This document shows positions 26,103 through 35,669 of a stretch of 64,000 bases of DNA, piece after piece. The notes beneath the pieces were generated by a model. The model was not told where the DNA came from. It ran no database searches and worked only from the letters and a program-made list of their open reading frames with translations. Origin of the DNA: a virus (Duplodnaviria; Caudoviricetes); the IMG/VR virus record IMGVR_UViG_3300038530_003085, positions 32,001 to 96,000 of that record. One strand, 5' to 3'. The position numbers and the translations under genes are program-made. Every line of letters starts with the position of its first letter. Within the stretch, counting starts at the first letter, position 1.

Positions 26103-26402
26103 TTAACCTCTCAAAATTGTTTTTGTTTGTTGTAATTTTTCTTCTACTAATTGCGGTGAGCCAACTACAATAATTTCAGTGCCAGTTTGACCACGATTAA
26201 TGGTCAGCTTGGTAAACTGGTGATTACTATCCATACCGGGTAACAACGAATTACTTTCGTTTAATTGTCCAAGGCGTGAGTCTTCACGTATCATTACTAC
26301 GTGCTCAGGGTTGACAAAAATATCACGCAGGGAATACTCTTGTTTTGAAGAGGTAAGAGTATTTCTTTGACAAACCTCTGTCAGCTTAACTAACATATTC
26401 AT
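26103..26402 (-). CDS. FlbD-like protein
   Basis: MLVKLT...IFVNPEHVVMIRE...TKLTI...IVVGSPQLV. Confidence 0.55.
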   Translation of the reverse strand: MNMLVKLTEVCQRNTLTSSKQEYSLRDIFVNPEHVVMIREDSRLGQLNESNSLLPGMDSNHQFTKLTINRGQTGTEIIVVGSPQLVEEKLQQTKTILRG

Positions 26403-26595
26403 TCTCCATTGGATATACATCCCTTCTTTTTAAATTCCATTCTGCACCATTAGCATAAACAAGATAAACAGTGTTAGTGCCTCCCAAATAAACACCAACG
26501 ATGGGTCTATCAGTTGTTCGATGTCTCATACCACTACCGGCATCTGACCACAATTGTACGCCCTGCGGAATATGAATTAAATCTCCTTGATTCAT
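26386..26595 (-). CDS. small SH3/KOW-like protein
   Basis: MNQGDLIHI...GVYLG...LVY; ATGA overlap with groEL stop. Confidence 0.55.
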   Translation of the reverse strand: MNQGDLIHIPQGVQLWSDAGSGMRHRTTDRPIVGVYLGGTNTVYLVYANGAEWNLKRRDVYPMENEYVS

Positions 26596-28178
26596 ACATC
26601 GGCCCCAGTTTGAACAATTCCGTAGTTTGTTGTTATCAGTGTTCCGGCGCAACTAGCGGCATTTTGCAGGGCAGTACGTGTAACCTTCACGGGATCAATG
26701 ACACCATCACTTGTTAAATCTGTTAGTTGGTTACTCCTAAAGTTCCAGCCCATATTAGTATCAGAATCCAAAACTTCTTGTACAATAATGTCAGGAGACA
26801 AGCCAGCGTTTTCAGCCATCTGTCTAATGGGTGCATAACAGGCATTCTTAACAATGACAGCGCCATTAATCTGCTCATGGTGGCCATCTTCAGTGGCAAT
26901 AACCATCTTTTGACAAGCACGTAATAACGCTGTCCCGCCACCGGGCACTACACCCTCATCTTGTGCGGCTTTTACAGCCTCTAGTGCATCCTCAATCCTG
27001 TGCTTTTTCTCGGTCATTTCAACTTCTGTTGCTCCACCAACACGGATGACAGCTACGCCGGATGCAAGTCGTGTAATTCTATTTTGTATCATTCTGCAAG
27101 CGTCAAGAGAGTCGGTATCTTCCATAATTGCTTTTAACGAGTCAATTTTACTTTCGATAACTTCAACATTGGCATTGCCACCAACAAAGATAGTACTATT
27201 TTTACTTGACTCAACAAATTTAGAAGTCCCAAAATCAATCATCTTGGTATCTTGCAATTTCTTGCCGCTCTCCTTTGATACAAATGTTGCACCTACAGAT
27301 AATGCCAAATCAGACAATGTGTTTCTACGCTCCTCTCCGTATCCGGGGGCTTTGATGGCAGCTACCTTCATCGTACCTCGCATAGCATTCATAATTAACG
27401 CTGCTAATGCTTGGCCTTCAATGTCTTCAGAAACAATAATCAATGGGCGACCTTCGCGCGCTGCAGTCTCAAGCACAGGCAGGATTTGATCAACCGAAGT
27501 AATTCGATAATCGGTTACCAATATCATAGGATCATCGTGATGCATTACAGCCCTGCGATCATCTGTAACAAAAGCAGAGGCACAATACCCAGAATTAAAA
27601 CTAAAGCCCTCTGTGATATCGAGGGAGGTGTCAATAGAATTTGATTCCTCAATTGTAATTGAGCCATCATGGCCAACCCGGTCAAAAGCCATTGCAATGA
27701 GTTTTCCAATGGACGCATCATTGTTGGCCGATATAGTGGCAATGTGCTCAACATCTTCAAGACTATTAATCGGTATCGCCATATCTTTCAGATTTAAGAC
27801 AACTTGTTTAACAGAGGCCTCAATGCCGCGTTGTAGCTCAATTGGTGAAACCCCAGACGCAATAAATTTCTGTGCTTCTGTTAAAATAGAGCGAGCCAAC
27901 ACGGTTGATGTAGTGGTGCCATCTCCAGCACCGTTGTTAGTTTCAATAGCTGCTTGTCGAATGATTTGAGCACCAGCGTTTTCAAATGGATCATCAAGAG
28001 AAACAAACGCGGCAACAGTAACACCGTCCTTGGTAATAAATGGATTCTTGCCTTTTTCTTGTAGCAGAACATTTCGGCCGCGAGGGCCGAGTGTAGAGGC
28101 AACGTTGTCTGCTAGAACATTGGCTCCTGTTATAATCTTTTGTTGTAATGATTGATTGTCGTCATATGCTCGACTCAT
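26592..28178 (-). CDS. groEL: chaperonin GroEL
   Basis: TLGPRGRNV, ITKDGVTVA, GDGTTT, KAPGYG, GVVPGGG, IDPVKVTRTAL. Confidence 0.97.
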   Translation of the reverse strand: MSRAYDDNQSLQQKIITGANVLADNVASTLGPRGRNVLLQEKGKNPFITKDGVTVAAFVSLDDPFENAGAQIIRQAAIETNNGAGDGTTTSTVLARSILTEAQKFIASGVSPIELQRGIEASVKQVVLNLKDMAIPINSLEDVEHIATISANNDASIGKLIAMAFDRVGHDGSITIEESNSIDTSLDITEGFSFNSGYCASAFVTDDRRAVMHHDDPMILVTDYRITSVDQILPVLETAAREGRPLIIVSEDIEGQALAALIMNAMRGTMKVAAIKAPGYGEERRNTLSDLALSVGATFVSKESGKKLQDTKMIDFGTSKFVESSKNSTIFVGGNANVEVIESKIDSLKAIMEDTDSLDACRMIQNRITRLASGVAVIRVGGATEVEMTEKKHRIEDALEAVKAAQDEGVVPGGGTALLRACQKMVIATEDGHHEQINGAVIVKNACYAPIRQMAENAGLSPDIIVQEVLDSDTNMGWNFRSNQLTDLTSDGVIDPVKVTRTALQNAASCAGTLITTNYGIVQTGADV

Positions 28179-28201
28179 TAATACCTCTCAGTTGTGTAAA
28201 T

Positions 28202-28230
28202 ATTATATATCATTAAAAGAAAAATGTCAA
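28202..28230 (-). promoter_or_regulatory. sigma70-type promoter for groEL
   Basis: TTGACA-N17-TATAAT. Confidence 0.85.
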
Positions 28231-28235
28231 TTTAT

Positions 28236-29930
28236 TTATTGGGTGTCTCTAACTTTTTCTGTCTTTGTTTCGATATTTTGTGCGTCACCAATCGCGCTAG
28301 TTGCTTTTTCCGTATCTGCTAAACCACTAGCAAAGAACCCGTTCAAGTTATCAGAAAGCTCCCTAAGAGACTCAAAGATAGCAAATACTTCAGAATTAAG
28401 TAAAGATGTAGTTTGAGCTAACATTTGTTGAATTGCTGCAGCACCAACTTCAAGGGTTGCCATAGGCTTAGCTAGATTCAATACTTCTGACCTGTTAAGA
28501 GAAAACTGCATTTCATTCAAATAGCCATTTGATTTTAACAATGCTTGCTTTTGAGCTTCTTTATTGCCTTTAATACCATTATAATATTCAATACTTCTCT
28601 CGGCGGCCGCATTAATGTTTGCAGCCTCTGCGGACCTTTCCTTACCTTTGCTGCCTTTTGTTACACGATAACTTGACAAAGATGGAAGGATTTGTGCAAT
28701 TTTTTCCTTTCGTCCAGCGCGAAGTTCTCCAACTTGTTCTGAAGCTTTGTCTAGCGCAGAATAGATAGCTAACACAACCTGCCCCAACTCCTGTGCGTTC
28801 TCAAGCGCTGGAATACCTCTGAGAACTTGCTCCATATTCTCTCGATTGGATTTCTTTCTTTTGTCAGCATAGCGTCGAACAGGGGTGGATGAACTTGCAA
28901 TCGAAAACATTTCATCAGTACCATATTGGAAATAGGGACTTGAAACAATGGCATTAACAATTTGATCATTATTAATTAAATCATTGAGGTTTTGAACAAA
29001 AAGCTCTTGAACCATATCTGTCGTTACCCTAATCCGCTCAGGTGCCTCAACATCAGATAGTTCGTTGCCCTCAAGTGGCAGGATAATACATGCTGCGGAT
29101 GCTGGTTTCGATTCACCAATAATATCCATAATGTTATCAAGAGTGAAATCAAACTGATAGAAAGTTAGGTTTCCTGTTAAGTTTTCCGCTTCTCCTTTAA
29201 GATTTTTCATAACGACAAGATATGTCATTCTATTGTCTTTAGAATCGTTTAATAAATCGCCGACAAGATCAACAAAACTACCTCCAACCTCTACGCTCTT
29301 TTCATTATAAAGTTTAAGACTGATAGGCTCACCATCTGTACCGCCAGCATAGAAATCTGCAATTGTTCCCGTATTGGCAGGCACCTGAACACCATCTAAT
29401 AGTGTTGCTAGGAAAGATTCAAAACTGAAACCGGCTGATGATGCGTTGAAATTAGCAATGATTTTTGTCAGCGTTTTATAGAAAACAAGCATTGATACAG
29501 CCTGTTGGACCTTAGCAGATCTTGTTTTCGCAGATTGAAGATATTGTTCGGGATTGTTATAAAAATTTGATAGTTTACTAAGTTGTTCAGGCAACGAATT
29601 AAGTCCGCGGACAGAATCTGCACCAAGTATGTTCTCTAAATAACTCTCAAGAAGCTGACGTTCGCGACCCTTAACTGGCGCGCCTCCACCATCGGGAGTG
29701 CGTACATCAGACCAGCCTAATTCTGAAACTTCGATTTCAGGGATCATAGAAAGTTTAAACGTTAAATCTCGTGATTTCTTTTCGGACACAATAGCTTTAT
29801 CGTAAATCACTTTGGTAACACTATCAATGATCTGTTCCAATTCATTTAATGGTGAGGCTTCTTTTGTGTTTTCTCGAACCTCGATAAACATATCTTTTAA
29901 ATAATTTGACACTTCATACTCCTTATACAA
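28236..29930 (-). CDS. hypothetical protein with possible PD-(D/E)xK-like domain
   Basis: GFSFESFLA...IADF...ISLKLY. Confidence 0.5.
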   Translation of the reverse strand: MYKEYEVSNYLKDMFIEVRENTKEASPLNELEQIIDSVTKVIYDKAIVSEKKSRDLTFKLSMIPEIEVSELGWSDVRTPDGGGAPVKGRERQLLESYLENILGADSVRGLNSLPEQLSKLSNFYNNPEQYLQSAKTRSAKVQQAVSMLVFYKTLTKIIANFNASSAGFSFESFLATLLDGVQVPANTGTIADFYAGGTDGEPISLKLYNEKSVEVGGSFVDLVGDLLNDSKDNRMTYLVVMKNLKGEAENLTGNLTFYQFDFTLDNIMDIIGESKPASAACIILPLEGNELSDVEAPERIRVTTDMVQELFVQNLNDLINNDQIVNAIVSSPYFQYGTDEMFSIASSSTPVRRYADKRKKSNRENMEQVLRGIPALENAQELGQVVLAIYSALDKASEQVGELRAGRKEKIAQILPSLSSYRVTKGSKGKERSAEAANINAAAERSIEYYNGIKGNKEAQKQALLKSNGYLNEMQFSLNRSEVLNLAKPMATLEVGAAAIQQMLAQTTSLLNSEVFAIFESLRELSDNLNGFFASGLADTEKATSAIGDAQNIETKTEKVRDTQ

Positions 29931-30555
29931 TAATGTCTGCGATCCCTAGTTCTACCGCTTCTTCTGCAGATAAATAGACATTTACTTTCTTCTCCAGAAG
30001 CTTCTTTAAATCTTTCTTTGTCAAGTTGGTCTCTGCTATGAGGGCGTCACTGTACATTTTTTGTATCTGCTCGATGGCATCCATTTCATTTATAAGATTG
30101 TGAAGTGGGCCATGGCTACCACCAATAACAGAGTGAACCATTACTCTACAGTTTTTACCAATACAACGCTTTCCTTTGGTGCCGGCAGCTAATAACAAGA
30201 CGCCTGCTGACATAACCTTGCCCAAACCAATAGTTTGAATTGGGGTGCGCTCTCTTATTACACGCATTATATCATACATCCCAAACATATCATCAGCGGA
30301 GCCACCATACGTTGAGATATAAAATTCTACTGGTCTATTTTCGTCAGTGATTCTGTTAATCTCGTCGAGATATATCAGCGCGTGTATCAACTCAGCTATT
30401 TTGTCGTCTGAAACATCAGAGAACAAACCTATCACTCGCAAGTCCGGTTGCGGAGGAGAAGCAAGTAGTTTTTCAAGTTCACTTTCTAAAAGTTTCTTTT
30501 CTTTGTCACTAACCTTTTTACCACCTGCAATCCTATCCAATATTCTATTAATCAT
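29923..30555 (-). CDS. clpP: ClpP-family protease (Asn at the triad Asp position)
   Basis: ISTYGGS, GKVMSAG, VMVH, NVYLSAEEAVELGIADII. Confidence 0.9.
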   Translation of the reverse strand: MINRILDRIAGGKKVSDKEKKLLESELEKLLASPPQPDLRVIGLFSDVSDDKIAELIHALIYLDEINRITDENRPVEFYISTYGGSADDMFGMYDIMRVIRERTPIQTIGLGKVMSAGVLLLAAGTKGKRCIGKNCRVMVHSVIGGSHGPLHNLINEMDAIEQIQKMYSDALIAETNLTKKDLKKLLEKKVNVYLSAEEAVELGIADIIV

Positions 30556-30955
30556 TATCTATTCTCCAAAATTTATATGCCTCTTCTTGATGGAGAACAA
30601 GGTATTGCATTGCAGAATCCCAATCATCAAATCCTATGATATCTCTAAATGTTTGAGGTGTGTTATTAATTAACCACATTACACTCTTACTTTTAAAACT
30701 TTTTCTTTCGTCTTCTACGCCTCTTTTAAACCTATCAATAACAATTTGATCACTCTCAGAATCTTTAAGATTTGTGAGCATTACTTCTTCTGCAATTTTA
30801 TAATTTTCCATTGCTTTTGCCATCATCAATAAGTAGATGACTCTACCTGATTTCATTAATTTAAGTGAAACCCTCGTTGACTTAAAAAAATAAAACGTTT
30901 GACATGTGACATATCCAAACAAAAAAACTAGCGCATATAACCAAAATGGATCCAC
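30548..30955 (-). CDS. membrane-anchored hypothetical protein
   Basis: GTG start after GGGGG; N-terminal hydrophobic helix. Confidence 0.65.
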   Translation of the reverse strand: MDPFWLYALVFLFGYVTCQTFYFFKSTRVSLKLMKSGRVIYLLMMAKAMENYKIAEEVMLTNLKDSESDQIVIDRFKRGVEDERKSFKSKSVMWLINNTPQTFRDIIGFDDWDSAMQYLVLHQEEAYKFWRIDND

Positions 30956-30965
30956 AATACCCCCG

Positions 30966-31000
30966 AAAAAAATAACCACTAGCATTGCTGCTAATGGTTA
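30966..31000 (-). terminator. intrinsic terminator
   Basis: TAACCATTAGCA-GCAA-TGCTAGTGGTTA-T7. Confidence 0.75.
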
Positions 31001-31028
31001 TTATAATGACTCACAACAGTTTTGTCAA
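31000..31028 (-). promoter_or_regulatory. sigma70-type promoter abutting terminator
   Basis: TTGACA-N17-TATAAT. Confidence 0.8.
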
Positions 31029-31643
31029 CTATTTTGATGTTAATCTGTTTAAAATTCTTTCTGCGAGTTGATCAATCATCTCTGCATTTTCGTTTTTTGC
31101 CTGAAGTCTCTCAGCAACTCGACGTGCGATTTCATTGACAACTTCTTCTTCATTGATATCATCATCGTGTTCTTCTTCCATCATAGGATCATCGTCACCG
31201 TCATCCATCGCATCTACCGCGGCGTCCATTTCCATACCACCGGGCTCATCCTCACGATCCATATCCATTTCAGCATCGTCATCCATATCAACCTCAACTT
31301 CATCATCTAAAACGTCTTCGAGGGCAGATTCAAGCGCTCCCATAAAGTCATCGATAGACACCATCTTGGCACCGCCAGCAGGGGCGTCCATTTTCATATC
31401 CATGTCCATATCCATTTTTGGGGCATCATCGTCATCATCGCCCATATCCATATCCATTTCTTCGGAAGTTACACCAGCTTCGCCGGCAGGATCATCGTCT
31501 TGAACGTTTTCACCCTCTTCCATAGTATCGTCTTCATCTTGACCATACATTTCTCTAATTTTATCATCACCGATGGGTCTAAGTTCAGCAAGCTTCATAA
31601 AGCTACGAAGTTCAGCCTCGGTTAAAAGTGTTTTGCGAGCCAT
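31029..31643 (-). CDS. highly acidic Asp/Met-rich protein, scaffold-like
   Basis: MDMDMD low-complexity tracts, LLTE and INE sites, helical C-terminus; upstream ACTATTTAT. Confidence 0.6.
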   Translation of the reverse strand: MARKTLLTEAELRSFMKLAELRPIGDDKIREMYGQDEDDTMEEGENVQDDDPAGEAGVTSEEMDMDMGDDDDDAPKMDMDMDMKMDAPAGGAKMVSIDDFMGALESALEDVLDDEVEVDMDDDAEMDMDREDEPGGMEMDAAVDAMDDGDDDPMMEEEHDDDINEEEVVNEIARRVAERLQAKNENAEMIDQLAERILNRLTSK

Positions 31644-31735
31644 TATATTTCTCCTTTAAAATGTGTAAATTTACAATTTTGGCATCAAAATAAGTCAGTA
31701 ATAAATAGTCCTGTATTTTACAAAAACTAATAAAA

Positions 31736-31987
31736 TTACCATTCTACGCCTAAGCGGCGTAACTTCATAAGAGCTTTTTGCTCTATTTGTTTAACTCTGG
31801 CAAACGAAATTGACAGTCGCTCACCTATTTCTCTAAGGGTCATTGAGTCGTTTTCATTGATTGAAATGAGCGTACAATTTTTCTCATCTGGGTAATCAAT
31901 CCACATTCTACAACTTTCCACAGGACAACTAGTATTAAGTTCTATACATTTTCTGGAACATGGTCTGAGACCATCAAAGTTTTTCAT
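31736..31987 (-). CDS. stand-alone sigma70 region-4 HTH protein with Cys-rich N-terminus
   Basis: MTLREIGERLSISFARVKQIEQKALMKLRR; five Cys upstream. Confidence 0.85.
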   Translation of the reverse strand: MKNFDGLRPCSRKCIELNTSCPVESCRMWIDYPDEKNCTLISINENDSMTLREIGERLSISFARVKQIEQKALMKLRRLGVEW

Positions 31988-32313
31988 AGCTCTGGGTGTT
32001 CCTCTGCAATTAAATCAAAAATATCTTGAATCTGCTCATCGGAAAAGCCTGAGTCATTTAGAAGTTTTTGCCCAGATTTACGCAACCTATTCGATTTATC
32101 TTTTCTCTTTATAGATTGATCTTTAATATCATCAAAAAAACTGACTATTCTATCATCTTGTTCAATGTAACCTGTGATTAAACTACGAAAAAACTGTGCT
32201 TGTTTCATACCGTCGGTACGTAAACGCACCAACAGTTGGGCATGCCGATGATCCGTATCAGTAAAAACAATACGCTTATCGTTTCTACCGTATTTTGGCT
32301 CGTCGCTCACCAC
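31984..32313 (-). CDS. hypothetical protein (possibly ribbon-helix-helix)
   Basis: KRIVF strand followed by two helices. Confidence 0.5.
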   Translation of the reverse strand: MVSDEPKYGRNDKRIVFTDTDHRHAQLLVRLRTDGMKQAQFFRSLITGYIEQDDRIVSFFDDIKDQSIKRKDKSNRLRKSGQKLLNDSGFSDEQIQDIFDLIAEEHPEL

Positions 32314-33365
32314 TTTCTCCCTAATATATGCGTTCTGCTCTCGCCCATTCCGGCCGGCGTCTGCTTGATTAGTTCTGCTACTGACTGAAACTCTGTGAGC
32401 GTTCTAGCACCACTGTATGAGAAGCCAGAACGAATACCACGTTCTAAGTCTTGAAGAATCTTGACAACCGATCCTCTATATGGAACCCTTGCAGAAACAC
32501 CCTCAAATGAAGAATAATTACCTCGCCAGCTAACTTGTGCCTCTTTTGAGGCCATACCTCGATAAGTTTTCCATCTAGAGCCATTCAAGTCTTCCTGAAT
32601 CTTACCGGGACTTTCATCTGTTCCTGCCAAAAGAGAGCCGCACATAACCGCGTCAGCGCCACAGGCGAAAGCTTTTACAATATCACCAGAGTTTCTAATT
32701 CCACCATCAGCGATAATTGTCACATTTCGGTCGGTTTGCGAGCAATCTAAGATGGTTTGCAGGCCCGGGACACCATGGCCCGTCTGTACCCTAGTCGAAC
32801 AAATAGAACCACCACCAATGTTGCAACGAATAGAGTCAGCACCCCAATCTGCTAGATCGTTGATCCCCTCTAGTGTAGCAACATTACCAGCCATGATATG
32901 AACATTACTGCCAGCCGCTTGTCGAATTTTTGTAATAGCCTCCTTCATTAAAATATGGTGGCCGTGAGCAACATCAACACATAAAAATGTTGCACCCGCA
33001 TCAATTAGCGCTGTCGCTCTTTCAACGAAGTCTCCTGAAATACCGACTGCTGCACCAATGTCAATAGACATATTATACTTTGTCTTTGCAATCTCGCAGG
33101 CCATAGATACCATACGGCATTGATTCTCGGCGCTGTTATACCTGTGAATGATAGCGGCGCCGCCAAGACGACCCAGAGAGACAGCCATAGCTGTCTCAGA
33201 AATAGTATCCATAGGTGAGGCCAGAACAGGCAGATTCAAGACCAAGCCGTTGCCTAGATCGGTTGTAGTACTGACCTCGGACCTGCTACGAATATCAGAA
33301 TATTGTGGTACCAAAAGAACATCATCATATGATAACATTTCTCTGGAATTTGTAAGTGGCATCAT
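32307..33365 (-). CDS. IMP dehydrogenase/GMP reductase family (no CBS domains)
   Basis: SYDDVLLVP, SPMDT, DVAHGH, GGGSICSTR, IIADGG, YRGMAS, EGV. Confidence 0.92.
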   Translation of the reverse strand: MMPLTNSREMLSYDDVLLVPQYSDIRSRSEVSTTTDLGNGLVLNLPVLASPMDTISETAMAVSLGRLGGAAIIHRYNSAENQCRMVSMACEIAKTKYNMSIDIGAAVGISGDFVERATALIDAGATFLCVDVAHGHHILMKEAITKIRQAAGSNVHIMAGNVATLEGINDLADWGADSIRCNIGGGSICSTRVQTGHGVPGLQTILDCSQTDRNVTIIADGGIRNSGDIVKAFACGADAVMCGSLLAGTDESPGKIQEDLNGSRWKTYRGMASKEAQVSWRGNYSSFEGVSARVPYRGSVVKILQDLERGIRSGFSYSGARTLTEFQSVAELIKQTPAGMGESRTHILGRKW

Positions 33366-33733
33366 TTCATCTCCGTTATAAATTGTTTTATATCCCTAGA
33401 GCGATACCAAGTTTGCTCATTGGGCTTATCTGGATCTTTTAAAATCCGAACTTTAGGACTTACGTCTTCTGTATAAGTTTTCACTAGGGATATCGTTGGT
33501 ACGCCATTGAACTTTAATTGCTTTTCAATGTCGGGATAGTTGTCAACATTAAAAGCAAAAAAATGGATGTCAGAAAATTGATCATTATTCGATATATCTT
33601 CATAATAATCTTTCAAGTTATGACACAAATGACAACCATTAGAATAAAACTTAATCACACAGGTAGCATCTTCCTTGACTTCTCCGCCTAATATCTTTTT
33701 AAGGCCCTCGGTCGATAGTCTCGTTACGCTCAC
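33362..33733 (-). CDS. thioredoxin-fold protein
   Basis: KFYSNGCHLC, GVPT. Confidence 0.85.
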   Translation of the reverse strand: MSVTRLSTEGLKKILGGEVKEDATCVIKFYSNGCHLCHNLKDYYEDISNNDQFSDIHFFAFNVDNYPDIEKQLKFNGVPTISLVKTYTEDVSPKVRILKDPDKPNEQTWYRSRDIKQFITEMK

Positions 33734-33965
33734 TTATCACCTCCCTCGTTTTTTCAATACAATCAGGACAAAACAGTCTTACAACTTCTTGCTTCACAAC
33801 GACACTCCAAGATTTTACCATCTCTTTGTCTTTCTTGTCAAACTCTTTCTCACAAGCATTACAAGATTGAGGTAGTTGGCCAAATAGTGCGACCTTGTTA
33901 GCCATTGCATCTGTGGCCTTTTTACCTGCATGCTTTTTCATTGCTCTACGTTGCTGGCGATTCAC
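33699..33965 (-). CDS. small C4 zinc-binding protein
   Basis: MNRQQRR N-terminus; CNAC...CPDC. Confidence 0.7.
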   Translation of the reverse strand: MNRQQRRAMKKHAGKKATDAMANKVALFGQLPQSCNACEKEFDKKDKEMVKSWSVVVKQEVVRLFCPDCIEKTREVISERNETIDRGP

Positions 33966-34318
33966 TTCTTACCCTTTTTCTTTTTCTGGTGAGCTTGTGA
34001 ATTTCTGAATGTTTTTGACTCTTTTTCAAGATATTCTTCAGTAATAAAACCTTCATTTTTTTCTTCAGGAATCTGCTCCTCTTCGGGCTCTTCTTCCGGT
34101 TCTTCTTCAACTGCAGCAGAATCAATAATGTCTTGCTTGTAGCCCCTCAAAGTGAGCAGGGCGCCTTCATATTGAGCCAATTTCATACTAAGCTGGGCAA
34201 CCTTATCTACGTCGCCTTCCTGTTGCTCTCGTCTGTATATATCTTTTATCATTCCATAGGTCTCAATCACAAACGATTGAAGTCTAAGTATAGATGCATT
34301 TAATCCTTCTTCAGTCAT
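33962..34318 (-). CDS. hypothetical protein
   Basis: AGGAG RBS. Confidence 0.7.
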   Translation of the reverse strand: MTEEGLNASILRLQSFVIETYGMIKDIYRREQQEGDVDKVAQLSMKLAQYEGALLTLRGYKQDIIDSAAVEEEPEEEPEEEQIPEEKNEGFITEEYLEKESKTFRNSQAHQKKKKGKK

Positions 34319-34327
34319 AATAATCTC

Positions 34328-34801
34328 CTATCTGTTAATGCCTTCGACTCTCCACGGCCCAGACTTGCCATTGAATACTACAACGGCAGATGGAAATGGT
34401 GCGGAGTTGTCGCTATCACCGAATTTAAGTCTACCTCTAACAAAATAAATCTCTGATGCCTTCATTACATAGTTATGCCAATACTTTGTATCTGTACGTG
34501 CTGGAATAAGCATCACAACTTTAGTGTCAGGCTCTAACGCTGACTCGTAAGCTTTCTTAATCCACTTATCAATACCTCGCCCATATGGTGGGTTTACAAA
34601 AACATTGTTACCAGTCCAATCTTTATCAAGACCATTCTCTTCTTCAGTAAAGTACTTATCACATTTAGCGTTACTGTGACTAGCACAAGGGTCAAGATCA
34701 AAAGGGCCAAATCTCCAATCCAATTTTAAAAAGAAATCGTGTGGTGTTGCCCAGTTACCTGTTTTTGAACTAAACATAACAACTTGTGTATTCTTATCCA
34801 T
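34328..34801 (-). CDS. phage-type DNA N6-adenine methyltransferase
   Basis: WATP, FDLDPCA, VFVNPPY, LIPARTDT, GRLKF. Confidence 0.92.
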   Translation of the reverse strand: MDKNTQVVMFSSKTGNWATPHDFFLKLDWRFGPFDLDPCASHSNAKCDKYFTEEENGLDKDWTGNNVFVNPPYGRGIDKWIKKAYESALEPDTKVVMLIPARTDTKYWHNYVMKASEIYFVRGRLKFGDSDNSAPFPSAVVVFNGKSGPWRVEGINR

Positions 34802-35669
34802 TTTTTATTCTCTCCATAGATTTAATATAATATGTTTCATCCATCTCGCAACCAATAAAGTTACGATTATTTCTCATCGCAGCAATTGCAGTGGTGGCAG
34901 AGCCGGCAAAGCAATCTAATACAGTATCACCCTCATTCGAGTGTTTCTTGATCAAATCCTCGAACAGTGGTAGACTTTTCTGTGTAGGGTGAAAGCGATC
35001 TTTACCGCCCTGCAATGGGTATTCGTATACCCCCTTGTCATACTTACTATTGAATGTGGGCTTAGATTTTTTAATGCCGAGTAACGCAATCTCTCTACAG
35101 TTTGTAAGATAATTAACTTTGCTGTTGATCGGTTGCGGGTTTGTTTTCAACCACTCAATCATTCTTATTTGCTTAAACTTCTCGCCCTCAAGCATGTCCT
35201 TGAGGTTGGTAATCTTCCACAAATCAAAAAACATAATACACGTGCCACCGGGACGAAGAATGCGATAAAAATGCTTTACAAATAGCTCAAGCTGCTCCAT
35301 CGTAAATTCTGAATCCCATTTACCGTAGTTGGTTTTAACAGCATATTTTTTACCATAGATGCTACCATACTTAAGAAAGTCTGCTTTCATTTTCTTCAAG
35401 GCATTTGGACGCTTTAATACATCAACATTTGAGTTTTCAAACCACTGATTCCATTGTTCAGTGGTCTTATACTCATTCCAATCCTTCTCAGTCATTACAT
35501 TGACGGAGCCAGATGTATCTTGTTTAGCGATATGATTAACCCACTTGTCCATACCTGAATCACGCGATGTGATATAAGGCGGGTCTGTCAAGATTAGATC
35601 TACAGAGTTATCGGGTATATCCGACAGAAACTGTAGACCTTCTTGATGTTTAAAGACTATACTGTTCAT
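34794..35669 (-). CDS. beta-class N4/N6 DNA methyltransferase
   Basis: DLILTDPPY early; HPTQK and VLDCFAGSATT late. Confidence 0.92.
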   Translation of the reverse strand: MNSIVFKHQEGLQFLSDIPDNSVDLILTDPPYITSRDSGMDKWVNHIAKQDTSGSVNVMTEKDWNEYKTTEQWNQWFENSNVDVLKRPNALKKMKADFLKYGSIYGKKYAVKTNYGKWDSEFTMEQLELFVKHFYRILRPGGTCIMFFDLWKITNLKDMLEGEKFKQIRMIEWLKTNPQPINSKVNYLTNCREIALLGIKKSKPTFNSKYDKGVYEYPLQGGKDRFHPTQKSLPLFEDLIKKHSNEGDTVLDCFAGSATTAIAAMRNNRNFIGCEMDETYYIKSMERIKNG

